DNA of 38,197 bases from NCBI GenBank assembly GCA_051382305.1, contig JBBCAV010000029.1, positions 1-38,197 of the forward strand. The letters are read 5' to 3'. Every line of letters starts with the position of its first letter. Within the stretch, counting starts at the first letter, position 1. Source of the stretch: Bdellovibrionota bacterium FG-2. Lineage in GTDB: Bacteria > Bdellovibrionota > UBA1018. Under the pieces are notes generated by a model. The model searched no databases. It was not told where the DNA came from and saw only the letters and a program-made list of their open reading frames with translations. Below, piece after piece: positions 26,307-36,359 of this stretch. The position numbers and the translations under genes were made by a program.

Positions 26307-29221
26307 CTTCGCCGCCCTTTACGCTGCCTTAGATCCAGGAGGTTTTGTTCCGCCAGGCTTTGGTGGCGTAAAGCGAAACCCTTAGTTCCCCGCGCCGAGG
26401 CTGCCTTGGCAGCATTTAATTCGTTCTGAAGCCTTCCCACTTCCATCTTCGTTCGCACATCCTCACGCTTGATTTCATCATATCGTCTTTTAATTTGCTC
26501 GTTTTCTTTTTGATAGAAAGCAGCAGACTTATTGAGTACCTCGTATTTACGCTTCCACTCGTCGTTCGCACTGTCCACCGCAGCCCCAACACCGCTCACT
26601 TGAGCCTTATTTGCCTGATTCACTTGCTCTTGAAGCTGCTGGTTTGCCTTTTTGAACTCTTCACACTGAAATGCAAGACGGTCCGTCCGACTCTTAAGCG
26701 CCTGATACTCCGTAAAGCTTGGGCCCTTGGTTTTTGCCCCCATTTGGGCGGTGACGAGTTGGTTTCTCATATCCTGAATTTTCTGATTCAAACGCGCGTT
26801 TTCTTCTTTGCTCACGGCAAGGGTCTTTTGGGTGAGCTGATAGCGATGTTTTAGTGCGGCTTCATCGGCCGCATTAAGTCCCGAACCTTTGAATCGCTCC
26901 AAATTCGCAGCAGTAGTTGCGAGCTGTTCTTTCGCGCGGGCAAGTGCATTATTTTTGGAGCGAATCTGATCTTCCCCTCGCCTGACTTCTTCCCGAAGAT
27001 TTGCCTCACGATTCTTAAATTCGAGCGCTTTTTGCCGGAACATCAGTGAAAGCTTCTTGGACACGTCGTTCAATTTTGATTTTTCAGAAATGAGATCTGC
27101 CATTAAACCGTCAACCCGCTTTTGGATGCGCGGATTACCTTGTAACTCGCGATGAACGTCTGCAGCCTCCTGTTGCGTACGCTCCAAAAACTTAGCGAGC
27201 GCTCCCCCTGAAACTTCATCTAAGAGCTTGTCGGAAACGACATCTACTCCCGTATCCTCGGCCGATCCAGAGCCCCGCACCATGACCCTGTCATTAAGCG
27301 CCGCTTCACCGGCAATAACAACTTCTTCATCCGCCGCTTTAACCGCTGTCTTTTTCTTGCCGAAGGGCCAAAATCCACCTAGCGCCTTTTTCTTCTTTTT
27401 ACCAGCTTTTCCACCGTCTTCAGACGTTGCAGCTGCGAGCAATTTTTCGATGGCATCCGAGGCGTCACCGCTCAAGGGTTTGCCGGATGCTTCCGTCTCC
27501 TCGTCTTCGGACGCCTCTTCATTTGATTCCACATCTAACGAGGCTCCCATTTCGATGGAAAAATCAAGTTTTGGGGCGGCCCCGGACGCCTGTGGGTCTT
27601 TCGACGTCCTTTTCTTCTTCTTTGACTTTTGGGACTTCTGGCCTTTTGCAGAAGGCTCCCCATCACCGGAACCAAAATCAAACTCAATATCTAAGGTTCC
27701 TGAATCCGCTTCTCCAGTCTCTTCTTCAGAGTCATCCTCTTCGATCTCACCCTCATTGTCGGCGCTATCACCGTCCGACTGTAAAAACTTATCGAGCTGA
27801 TCTGAAAGCGCATCTGCGCCAATTCCAGATTTCTTACCCCCTCGTTTTTTCTTTTTACCGTCGGCGTCTACCACGTCAATAGAAATGTCCCCAAATCCAT
27901 CCTCAGATTCCTCGCCCTCGGCAGTCTCTGAATCCAAAGGCCCGTCAAAGAGGCTGCTCTTCGCCTTTTTCTTCTCGGCGACTTGCTCTTCATCTTCAGA
28001 TCCTTTTCTTCTAAAAAGTTTCTTCAGAGCGCCCGTTACCCCTCCTTCGACAGAAAATAGCCCCCCTTCTTTCTGCTGCTCAATTTGTTGGAGCTTGCGC
28101 TGTAACTCCTGAATTTGCTTTCTATACAGTTTCAATTTTGCAGACTCTGAGATCGCAGGATTTTGAATCGCAGCCAGCGCCTGCATCACCGCCTCCTGCG
28201 AAACCCTCCCGTCAGCTCCTGCGACTTTGAAAAGCTTATCCTCGATCGTCTCGCTCTGACCCGCGACTTTTTGCGCTTCAGAATCACTATTTTCAAAGGC
28301 GCCCATCACTCGCTGCAACAGCGAATCAGGACCGTCGGCGGAGCCTTTAACCTTCTGAACAGAATCGTCTTCAAAAGATCCTCCACCCACTTTCGCAACA
28401 TCCTCTGCCGCGGAGGACCCTCCTTTAACTAAAGTTTCATCCGTGTTCGGGTCCCCAAGCCCCCCCAATACTTTCTTCACACGTTCGGCCTCAGCGTGCA
28501 CGCCTTTGACCTGAACCACTTCATCACCCACGTTAATCTGATCTAACATTTGCAGTGCAATTACATCGCCCGACGTAGGTGATTCGAGCTTCGACCCCGG
28601 CGCATCGTCTTTGAGCAACTGAGAATAGTTAAGATCTCCTAGTTGAACATACTCTCCGGACATGACCTTTTCTTGGGGCGGTTTATCGAAGACAAGCACT
28701 TCGGGGGGTTGGCGATTCGTGAGTTCTTCTGGATCAATTTTTCCGGTGATTCCAAGCAGGCTAACGATCTCAACGCGATTTCCGTCTGGCTGTACGCGCA
28801 CCACCAAACGATCAGAATGGGCGTCGATTTCAAGAATGAGTTTTTCAATTTCGCCGACAGGCTTTTGAGTTCGGATACGCTCCGCAAACGCACGAGGGTC
28901 AAGTTCTACAGAGTCTGCAAGATTGAAAGACACACCCACCGCTACCTTCTCTTCATCCAACCCGCACTCCACGAGCATTGGAGAAGAAAGGACGTTTCCC
29001 GAACCTCGGTAACCATCAAACGCGCTAAAAAGAAGAAGCGTTCGAAATTCCAATTCATCCAAGCCTTCTTGACTCAGCCGCGCAGCAAGCAAGTCCGAAA
29101 CACGCCCAATGTGTTTTGTACTAAAGAGACTCTCATAGAAGACCGTGCACTTCTCCCCTAGAAGTCCGGCGACCCCAAAACTTTCCAAGGATCTTGGGGC
29201 AATCTTGCCGAACTTAAGCAT
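26303..29221 (-). CDS. Large hypothetical protein: globular N-domain, short repeats, acidic disordered region, C-terminal coiled coil
   Basis: ATG 29221 after GAAAGGGG; about 970 aa; E/D-rich and poly-K patches; heptad-rich last ~300 aa; ATGA overlap with downstream gene. Confidence 0.85.
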   Translation of the reverse strand: MLKFGKIAPRSLESFGVAGLLGEKCTVFYESLFSTKHIGRVSDLLAARLSQEGLDELEFRTLLLFSAFDGYRGSGNVLSSPMLVECGLDEEKVAVGVSFNLADSVELDPRAFAERIRTQKPVGEIEKLILEIDAHSDRLVVRVQPDGNRVEIVSLLGITGKIDPEELTNRQPPEVLVFDKPPQEKVMSGEYVQLGDLNYSQLLKDDAPGSKLESPTSGDVIALQMLDQINVGDEVVQVKGVHAEAERVKKVLGGLGDPNTDETLVKGGSSAAEDVAKVGGGSFEDDSVQKVKGSADGPDSLLQRVMGAFENSDSEAQKVAGQSETIEDKLFKVAGADGRVSQEAVMQALAAIQNPAISESAKLKLYRKQIQELQRKLQQIEQQKEGGLFSVEGGVTGALKKLFRRKGSEDEEQVAEKKKAKSSLFDGPLDSETAEGEESEDGFGDISIDVVDADGKKKKRGGKKSGIGADALSDQLDKFLQSDGDSADNEGEIEEDDSEEETGEADSGTLDIEFDFGSGDGEPSAKGQKSQKSKKKKRTSKDPQASGAAPKLDFSIEMGASLDVESNEEASEDEETEASGKPLSGDASDAIEKLLAAATSEDGGKAGKKKKKALGGFWPFGKKKTAVKAADEEVVIAGEAALNDRVMVRGSGSAEDTGVDVVSDKLLDEVSGGALAKFLERTQQEAADVHRELQGNPRIQKRVDGLMADLISEKSKLNDVSKKLSLMFRQKALEFKNREANLREEVRRGEDQIRSKNNALARAKEQLATTAANLERFKGSGLNAADEAALKHRYQLTQKTLAVSKEENARLNQKIQDMRNQLVTAQMGAKTKGPSFTEYQALKSRTDRLAFQCEEFKKANQQLQEQVNQANKAQVSGVGAAVDSANDEWKRKYEVLNKSAAFYQKENEQIKRRYDEIKREDVRTKMEVGRLQNELNAAKAASARGTKGFALRHQSLAEQNLLDLRQRKGRRR

Positions 29222-30050
29222 CGATAAACCCCCTTTCCCCGAAAACAGAAGCGACCGTGGCCGCACTTGGAATCAATTGATCTTGAAGTCTCTTGATACG
29301 ACCCAAAATCCGGCGCGCAACATTTTCGGGGCGGCCCGCAAACCAGTTTCCCTGCAGCGTTCGCACTTTTTCATTCGGCAATGAAGCCCGCGCCAAAAGC
29401 ACCAGTTGATCAACCTCGTTCGTCACCGTGGTGGGGCTTCTCTCCTCGGAAACCTCCTTAAACACGCGCTCACGAAGGGCTCTCAAGAAATCCAGGTCCG
29501 AAAAACCCAGATGAAGCGCCAAAAACACACTCCAGCTCGAGAGCAACACCGCATATTCAAAATCGGAGATACTATGGTCTCGGCACTTCAACAAGACTTC
29601 GGGTGAAAGCAAGCCGCACAGCTCGTTGACCAATACCGCGATGAAAAAGGGTTCAATTGCGGCACCCGCGCCCCACAGGGGACCCATCATGCGCAAGATG
29701 GAATCATTCAGTTGATAGGGAGGAGGAGGTAGCGCCACTTGGCAATTTTCCCCTAAAGGAGCTTCGGACTCCCATGACAAAAGCCCTCGAATACTGCGAC
29801 CAGCTTTGCGATAGGACAAAGCAGAATCGACAAATTCTGGAAGATAGAACGTCCGATAAGAGGCCAACCGCTGCAGCTCCTCCGGCGTGAAGAAGTCCAG
29901 CGGGGCTTTAACCGAAATAAACTTTTCATTCTTTGGCAAAAACACGTAGACCGGCGCAAGCATGAGCGCGTACGGTTTGACCGACTTCATGGGACACAGT
30001 CTCATATCTTCGAGTGCGTCTTTCGGAAGTTTTCTTCGGCTAAAGTCCAT
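29214..30050 (-). CDS. Hypothetical protein, possibly degenerate HD-GYP-like
   Basis: SD GGAGG + ATG 30050; PVYVFLPKNEKFI...ELQRL....FYL N-domain and AVLLSSWSVFLALHLGF.D helix; no HD or GYP. Function call is tentative. Confidence 0.7.
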   Translation of the reverse strand: MDFSRRKLPKDALEDMRLCPMKSVKPYALMLAPVYVFLPKNEKFISVKAPLDFFTPEELQRLASYRTFYLPEFVDSALSYRKAGRSIRGLLSWESEAPLGENCQVALPPPPYQLNDSILRMMGPLWGAGAAIEPFFIAVLVNELCGLLSPEVLLKCRDHSISDFEYAVLLSSWSVFLALHLGFSDLDFLRALRERVFKEVSEERSPTTVTNEVDQLVLLARASLPNEKVRTLQGNWFAGRPENVARRILGRIKRLQDQLIPSAATVASVFGERGFIDA

Positions 30051-30244
30051 GTTCCTCCGTGTTGGGCAACCTTTCAAATCTCCATACCACGAGACAAAGG
30101 TGCTCCCCCACAGGAGTTATTTCGGCAATTCTCTTCAAGAAGTTGAAAATATTGCACGCGCCATGGGGCGCCAGTCAGAAATTTGACACTCTTGCTGATT
30201 AAATTGCCTATGATACCCTTAAATAACAGGGGGAACACCTTCAC

Positions 30245-31696
30245 GTGGAGCGTCGAGCGATTATATGGATTGGACTCGTACTGAGTCTGATTCCCTTGCC
30301 GTCTATTGCTGCGGAGGGCACGGCCACGTCGCCCCTGTGGGTGAAAAGCAAGACGGCACAGTTCCCCTCCCCCAAGGTCTTTTGGATTGATTGGAAAGGA
30401 CAGCGGACGGATCCCAAATGGAAAATTAGGAGTCGCTGGCTTTTTGATCGTGAGTCAAAGAATTCGCCAGTCGGGCAGCCCGCCCTTCGGATTTGGATCG
30501 AGCTCCCTTCGGATTTTAAGGATGTGTCTTTGAAAGGTTCTTCGGCATTTGAGGCGCGCCTCAATCCTGAGGATCAGCCGTTTGAGAAACCGGGCAGCGG
30601 ACACGGAAGCGTTCTTCGTTTTGACCTCAATGCGCGCATGACGTCTGCCACCGTAGAATACACCGACGCGAAAGGAAAAGCGCAGGACATCGGCCTCTGG
30701 GTTGAACTCGATTATGACGAACCCGTATTTTGGCTTGATCGCAGCTGCTGGGATCGCGGGATATCCATTCAGAAACAAAAACTGGAAAGCAAGTTTCTCT
30801 ACGCTGGCGTCGTCTGCAAAGATGATGGGCTTTCTCTCAATATTGTTTTTATGCATTCTGCCGACGCGGTTTTTAAGGGATCCACCTTTTCGAAAAAGTC
30901 GGTTGAAACAAGCGCTGAATGGTCACGGGTCACTGTAAAGAAACCGAGTACCACTTCGGATTCGGGCGACACTCTCGGGAAAGTGAAATTCGCAAACAAG
31001 ACCGACCAAGACTTTCTTGCCTCTGAATACGCGATCGTTTATCGGGCGAAAAAGAGAAGTTCACGCTGGGAATTTCTGGCCAACTTGGGGCCCACGTATA
31101 TGCGATACAGCGAAACTCCAGGCCCCATTGAATTAAGCGAGTTGGCGTTAACGCTGAAACTAGGCGCGAGTTTCAAAATCGTTCCAAAACGCATCGACGC
31201 AAGCGCGAGTGCCTATTTCACCCTTCTCCCTCTCTGGTTTTCTTCAACCCCGGCCGCTCAACCCAGCGCGCGGTTTCTCGGAATCAACGGCCGTCTCAAC
31301 TATCTCTTTGCGGGTACACCGGGCAAGACTGAATGGAGCCTTGGGACGGGCTGGTACATGTGGTCCATGTTTGTATCAGGCAATGCCTACGGAATTAGTC
31401 TCTTAACGGGTCCCCAGCTTTTCCTACAGACGAAGCGTTTCGCAGCCGGGGAGCGCGCAAAATTCGCGTATTTCAAATTTGCCCCAATTACCGCCGGCGC
31501 AAGCATACCTAAACTTGCGGATCGGGAACTTGCCATCGGAGGAGGGTTCCAGCTCAATTCCCCCCTGGCCTCGAAGGCTCTGCTGCTCACTCTTGATGTG
31601 GCCGACATTCGACTCTCTCCCACGCAAATCGGACTCATTGATTCATTTAGTATAAATATGTTGTCAGTCTCGGCGGGATTGCAGATGGGGTGGTGA
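30245..31696 (+). CDS. Secreted/outer-membrane protein with probable C-terminal beta-barrel
   Basis: Signal peptide (SIA-AE), alternating amphipathic strands in the C-terminal ~210 aa, terminal aromatic (GLQMGW). Confidence 0.75.
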   Translation: MERRAIIWIGLVLSLIPLPSIAAEGTATSPLWVKSKTAQFPSPKVFWIDWKGQRTDPKWKIRSRWLFDRESKNSPVGQPALRIWIELPSDFKDVSLKGSSAFEARLNPEDQPFEKPGSGHGSVLRFDLNARMTSATVEYTDAKGKAQDIGLWVELDYDEPVFWLDRSCWDRGISIQKQKLESKFLYAGVVCKDDGLSLNIVFMHSADAVFKGSTFSKKSVETSAEWSRVTVKKPSTTSDSGDTLGKVKFANKTDQDFLASEYAIVYRAKKRSSRWEFLANLGPTYMRYSETPGPIELSELALTLKLGASFKIVPKRIDASASAYFTLLPLWFSSTPAAQPSARFLGINGRLNYLFAGTPGKTEWSLGTGWYMWSMFVSGNAYGISLLTGPQLFLQTKRFAAGERAKFAYFKFAPITAGASIPKLADRELAIGGGFQLNSPLASKALLLTLDVADIRLSPTQIGLIDSFSINMLSVSAGLQMGW

Positions 31697-31700
31697 GGGG

Positions 31701-33788
31701 TTAGTTTCCGGTTTTGACGCGGATTTGGCCCGGATTGTCTTCTCCCCAAATTAAGTAGAACTTTGAGTTGGCTGCAATAGCGTTAGGAGTGGAGCCTGTA
31801 CCGGTCTGACTCTGGGTAAGTCCATAGGCTGTTGAACCATCGACAGCGCTCCACACACCATTATCAAAAACTGAGGCATGAATTGCTGTCCCAGAGGCCC
31901 ACATTTCGTGCCAAAAAAGATAAAGTCTTGAATTAAGGGTCGTGAAAACGGAGCCAATCGCGGTATAAGCAGCATCCCGATTAAGTCCAGGTTGCAGAGC
32001 CGGATCGACGAGCGACCAGACCGGCGCTAGGTCATTGCCATTGTAAGCTGAAACATGAACTTGATAATTGCCTAAACCATCATCCTCGGTCCATGTTGCA
32101 TAAAGAATCGAATTTGCTGATGCTAACTGCGAGCCATAGGGATAATTGGCTGCATTTTTTGTGACGTCTTTATTAATACCGTTTGCGCCGGTCCCATCCT
32201 TAAGTTCCCAAGTAGCGACGCCATTATATTGTGCAATTCTAACCTGATATTTGTTAGCTGCATTTTGTTCCGCCCAGGTCACATAGAGTTTGCCTTCAAA
32301 CACAAACAAGAAGGGAGTATTCGCGTCCTTGTCCGAGTTTATATTGATCCCATTCGCTGCATCATCCCCGTCCACAAAGGACCAACTAGCGCCATCGAAA
32401 TCACGAATGCGAATATTAAAAAATGCTGCCTTTGCTTCCATCCACGCAAGATAAAGCTTAGAGCCAAAAATTACAAAATTTGGACTGAAGGCATCCTTGA
32501 GGGAGTTCTTATTAAGCGATATGCCCCCATTTAAATTACTCCATCCCGGTGCAGAGTCATTGCCATTATATTTTTTTACATGCAGTTGATACCTTGAAAA
32601 GAGGGGTACGCCATCAGATTCAGTCCATCCCACATAGAGCTCATTGTTAAAGACAATAATGGCAGGAGCTTCAGCATACAATGTGGGATCAATATTGAGC
32701 CCGCCTCCATCAACCAAGTCCCAAATGCTGTTACTCCCGTTATTGACAGCCACTCGGACTGCAGGGGCAGCAGATCCATTCACTTCTACCCAAACCGCAT
32801 AAATCTTAGAATCTAAGGTCGCGAGCCTTGGAGAAAACGCATTCTTAGCCGGATCCGCATTTATCCCCGTCGCCGCCCCACCATCCACCGAAGTCCACGT
32901 CGACACAAAAGTGGATCCACTTATCGTTGCAGGAGTCGCGCAGTAATTCTTCGCCGAATCGTATGAGTACAAAGAATAATAATAAGAAGTATTACTCGCA
33001 AGACTCAGATCCGATAAAGAAGACAAGGCGCCAATGTACGCAATTGTATGATCACTATCCACGGGTCCAGCGGAATAACTCTCGCCCGGAGTAGGGACCC
33101 ACGTCACTGCGCCGGCCGGCCTTCGAACGAGCACATACCCTGCTGCATCACCATTTGTAGACCAAATTACCGTTTGGGATTCCACGCCACCCACTGCTGC
33201 AAGTCCGCTTGTATTTGCAGGCGCAGTTGTATCCACCACAATCACCGCTGATCCGGGAAGGGCTTGCGCCGAGTCCACCGCCGGAAGCGTTAGATCCGCC
33301 GCCGTTCCGCCATCGGTTCGGATTGCGCCTCCATTAAGCTCAAGCCCAGGCGTCGTAAGCAGGTTCAAAGGACTCGCCGTGTCTCCCGCTTGGACTTGAT
33401 AAATAAAGTGTAGCGTATCACTCCCCGAGCCACTCGCATAAGTTGCCGTCGAAAAAGGTGAAGCCGAATTTAGCGAGAGAGTCGGCGTGCCACTTACTAG
33501 GACAGCGGTAGAAAACAAAACCGAGACATCAATCGATGCTCCCAAAGTATAACTCCCTGGATTGGTGCTCGATGAAAGACTGAAAATTACCGGAGCGCTC
33601 TCCGGAGTCGCGGTTTCACTTGGCGTCGCACTCGGACTTGGGCTCGGGTCAGCAGTGCTGGCCGAACGTTCTTCCTGCGTCGCCGTCGTGCGATTCGATC
33701 TCACGGTACAGGCAGACACGAGCGTCGCTACAAAAACGCACATCAACAAAAGACGGAAATGCTGAGCACGAACTAAGTCAAAAGACAC
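31701..33788 (-). CDS. Surface lipoprotein: Ig-like domain, FN3-like domain, 7-repeat beta-propeller
   Basis: Lipobox VSAC; V.FS..V.V.GTP.L.L..ATY.SGSG...L.F.Y.VQ.GD Ig-type repeat; SNTSYYYSLY FN3-like; seven W..VDG..G(I/L)N...P......LY..W.E repeats. Confidence 0.82.
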   Translation of the reverse strand: MSFDLVRAQHFRLLLMCVFVATLVSACTVRSNRTTATQEERSASTADPSPSPSATPSETATPESAPVIFSLSSSTNPGSYTLGASIDVSVLFSTAVLVSGTPTLSLNSASPFSTATYASGSGSDTLHFIYQVQAGDTASPLNLLTTPGLELNGGAIRTDGGTAADLTLPAVDSAQALPGSAVIVVDTTAPANTSGLAAVGGVESQTVIWSTNGDAAGYVLVRRPAGAVTWVPTPGESYSAGPVDSDHTIAYIGALSSLSDLSLASNTSYYYSLYSYDSAKNYCATPATISGSTFVSTWTSVDGGAATGINADPAKNAFSPRLATLDSKIYAVWVEVNGSAAPAVRVAVNNGSNSIWDLVDGGGLNIDPTLYAEAPAIIVFNNELYVGWTESDGVPLFSRYQLHVKKYNGNDSAPGWSNLNGGISLNKNSLKDAFSPNFVIFGSKLYLAWMEAKAAFFNIRIRDFDGASWSFVDGDDAANGININSDKDANTPFLFVFEGKLYVTWAEQNAANKYQVRIAQYNGVATWELKDGTGANGINKDVTKNAANYPYGSQLASANSILYATWTEDDGLGNYQVHVSAYNGNDLAPVWSLVDPALQPGLNRDAAYTAIGSVFTTLNSRLYLFWHEMWASGTAIHASVFDNGVWSAVDGSTAYGLTQSQTGTGSTPNAIAANSKFYLIWGEDNPGQIRVKTGN

Positions 33789-34001
33789 AAGTTCCCCCTA
33801 ATAAGAAGAATACCATAGATAGCTCAAATACTTGAATATAATTGTATGGTATTTTTAACAAAAATAAACATGCAATAACAGTTAATTAGAAATTAACACT
33901 GCGCATCGAACTTAGCCCGCCCCACCCACCTCCTCCCGGCATTTTCCATTGGCTCCAAATCGGACATTAAGATAATCGTAAAACCGAAGGAAAAACTGCC
34001 T

Positions 34002-36347
34002 ATGTCCAAGACTTTCTATGCATTGGGATTATTACTGGCGCTTAGTATTTCAAGCCCAGGATGCAAGGTCACTGCTTTCACAGACACCGACAACGACGGA
34101 CTCTCTGATGAGTGGGAACTCTCCGCCGAAGGTCAAGCTCTGGGCGCCAAAGTTGGCCGCAAAGACGTTTTTTTCCAATTCGACTGGTTCTATTGCACCA
34201 CCGGCAATAACTTTGATCCTAAGAACGTGCTTGAAAACGAATTTAACACAAACAACCGCCCACGTTTCGGACGAGATGAAGCAAAATTTGTGATCGGCCT
34301 CTATCGGGACAGGCTTGATGATTCTTGGTGCGCTCACATTGATAACGGCGAAACGATCTGGGACTGCGATGACCTTTCCACAAATGGACAAACACTCACT
34401 TTCAACGAAGCCAGAAAACCACTAGCCAAAGCGCGATCCATTGGCCCCATTCCTACCGCGAAGAACTCCCCCACCCTTACTATCAACGAAATGGATCTCT
34501 TTAATTTCTTCTTTCCTCCCGAGCGCGCCAAAAAATTTCATTACGCCCTTATCGGCTGCTATGGCGGCGGGCAAGCAAGCTTTAACGACGTCGTTGTTCA
34601 AGTCGGCAACAACGGAAAAGCCCTCGCCCACGAGTTTGGACACAAGTTTGGCTTAGGTCACGGCGGCGGGGACCGGGTCAATCGAAAACCCAATTACCCC
34701 TCCATCATGAACTACTCAGTCGCCTATTCCCAAGAAGGGTATAGCCGCTCCAAATATCCCACCCTTAACGAATTTGATGTCTGCGAGGAAAAAGGATTAG
34801 GCATTGCCCTTTCAGGCGAAAAAGTTACGATTTCGGATTGGGCGATTGGAAAAAGTTTTGAAATCCCAAAAGAACTCTCCTACCTCACAGAAGGCGGAAT
34901 CCCCCCCCGATCGATCGGGCCAAACGGTGCAATCGATTGGAACGGCGACGGCGTGATTTCGCCTTGCGACTCAAGTCTCAAGGAATCCAATCTTGAATTT
35001 GCGTTTGGCGACTTCCCACTCGTCAGAGACAGCGTCGTGAAGACAACTCCCTTTATCACCCCTCAACTTATTGAAGTCCAAAACCTACTCGCAATGGTTT
35101 ATGTCGCGAAGGATACCGGAGATCTGAGCTTTGCTTACGGCCCGGACGAATCCAACGTTGCTGCAATTCGGGAAAAACTCGCCGCAGGAGAAGCCGCCAT
35201 TGAAGGCGTCTCCGTCTTTAACGGGAAAAACTTCAAACTCGATTACGACCAAACCCAATACGGAAAAGTTTCGTCGGGCCTAAGTGTCGCCCGAAGCGTG
35301 GTGAGTGACTTTGTGGGTGTCTTCGTGACGGACCTTGGGTATCTCTTAGAAATCGAATTCTCGGTTGGCACCGACACAATGAAAACGGCTTCGGTTAGGG
35401 TATTGCGTGCTCCGAACTCCCTAACTCCTGCGATCTGCGATCCCGTGGCTGCCGCAGATCCAGCGCTCAATCTCTACGCGATTGTCGGACGAATCTGTAG
35501 CAACGGCGAACTCGTGGCGATTGATCCTATCACTGGCGCCACAAAATCTCTGGGCGAATCAGCCGACTACGGAGTCGCAACGGGTTTTGACCTCAAGGGC
35601 GACTTCTACGTCTTCGGATCACGACATCCGTCGACCCAAATTCCGCATCCATTTTGCGGGGAAAGTGTGAGCGCCCTGTTTTCCCATCGCTATGACTCCC
35701 AGCTCAAGAGCCTAGAGGCCCCCCAATGGATCGGCAAAGACCACGGGATGTGCCCTTATACCCTCGGTGAAACAGGCGCCATTTTCGACCCCTCGCCCCT
35801 TCGCTCACTTGCTGGACGTTTCTATGTGTTTCTCCGAGGCGGAAGCGAGGGCATGAAGCGCGATCTTTGGACCTACCATTTTGATATCGCCGCACAATCG
35901 CAGGAGCTGATGTCCACCCAACTTGCCCACGTGGGGAGTCCACTTTTTGCCTGGGATCCTCCTGTTGACCAGTGTGGAGCGGGACGAGTCGCAACCGGAA
36001 TTTATTTCAAAGGTCGCACAGTGATGATTGCCCCCACCGATTCAGAGAAAAATGAAGGCCAAAAATCGAAACACGGCGCCGTACTTTTTAGCCCCTCTGC
36101 GGACGCCATCAACCGCACGAAAATCGAAGGCAACAACGACATGATTTCGTTGCTGGCGCGCCTTCCAGTTTCAATTCGTGAAATGCCCAGTGTCGATCTT
36201 AAAGTGAGACAAAGAACGCCGGGCGATCGGGATGGCGACGGAACCCCAGATGCGCTCGACAATTGCCCCGATCATTACAACCGTCCCACCCAAAAGAATG
36301 CGGCCGGAGAGTTGATTGGAGATCAAGAAGGATTGCTCTGCAAATAG
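34002..36347 (+). CDS. Metzincin-type zinc metalloprotease, probable lipoprotein, with Ca-binding TSP3-like motifs
   Basis: SPGC lipobox-like; DTDNDGLSDEWE; HEFGHKFGLGH; KPNYPSIMNY Met-turn; IDWNGDG; DRDGDGTPDALDNCP. Confidence 0.85.
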   Translation: MSKTFYALGLLLALSISSPGCKVTAFTDTDNDGLSDEWELSAEGQALGAKVGRKDVFFQFDWFYCTTGNNFDPKNVLENEFNTNNRPRFGRDEAKFVIGLYRDRLDDSWCAHIDNGETIWDCDDLSTNGQTLTFNEARKPLAKARSIGPIPTAKNSPTLTINEMDLFNFFFPPERAKKFHYALIGCYGGGQASFNDVVVQVGNNGKALAHEFGHKFGLGHGGGDRVNRKPNYPSIMNYSVAYSQEGYSRSKYPTLNEFDVCEEKGLGIALSGEKVTISDWAIGKSFEIPKELSYLTEGGIPPRSIGPNGAIDWNGDGVISPCDSSLKESNLEFAFGDFPLVRDSVVKTTPFITPQLIEVQNLLAMVYVAKDTGDLSFAYGPDESNVAAIREKLAAGEAAIEGVSVFNGKNFKLDYDQTQYGKVSSGLSVARSVVSDFVGVFVTDLGYLLEIEFSVGTDTMKTASVRVLRAPNSLTPAICDPVAAADPALNLYAIVGRICSNGELVAIDPITGATKSLGESADYGVATGFDLKGDFYVFGSRHPSTQIPHPFCGESVSALFSHRYDSQLKSLEAPQWIGKDHGMCPYTLGETGAIFDPSPLRSLAGRFYVFLRGGSEGMKRDLWTYHFDIAAQSQELMSTQLAHVGSPLFAWDPPVDQCGAGRVATGIYFKGRTVMIAPTDSEKNEGQKSKHGAVLFSPSADAINRTKIEGNNDMISLLARLPVSIREMPSVDLKVRQRTPGDRDGDGTPDALDNCPDHYNRPTQKNAAGELIGDQEGLLCK

Positions 36348-36359
36348 TGTTGTATTGAG

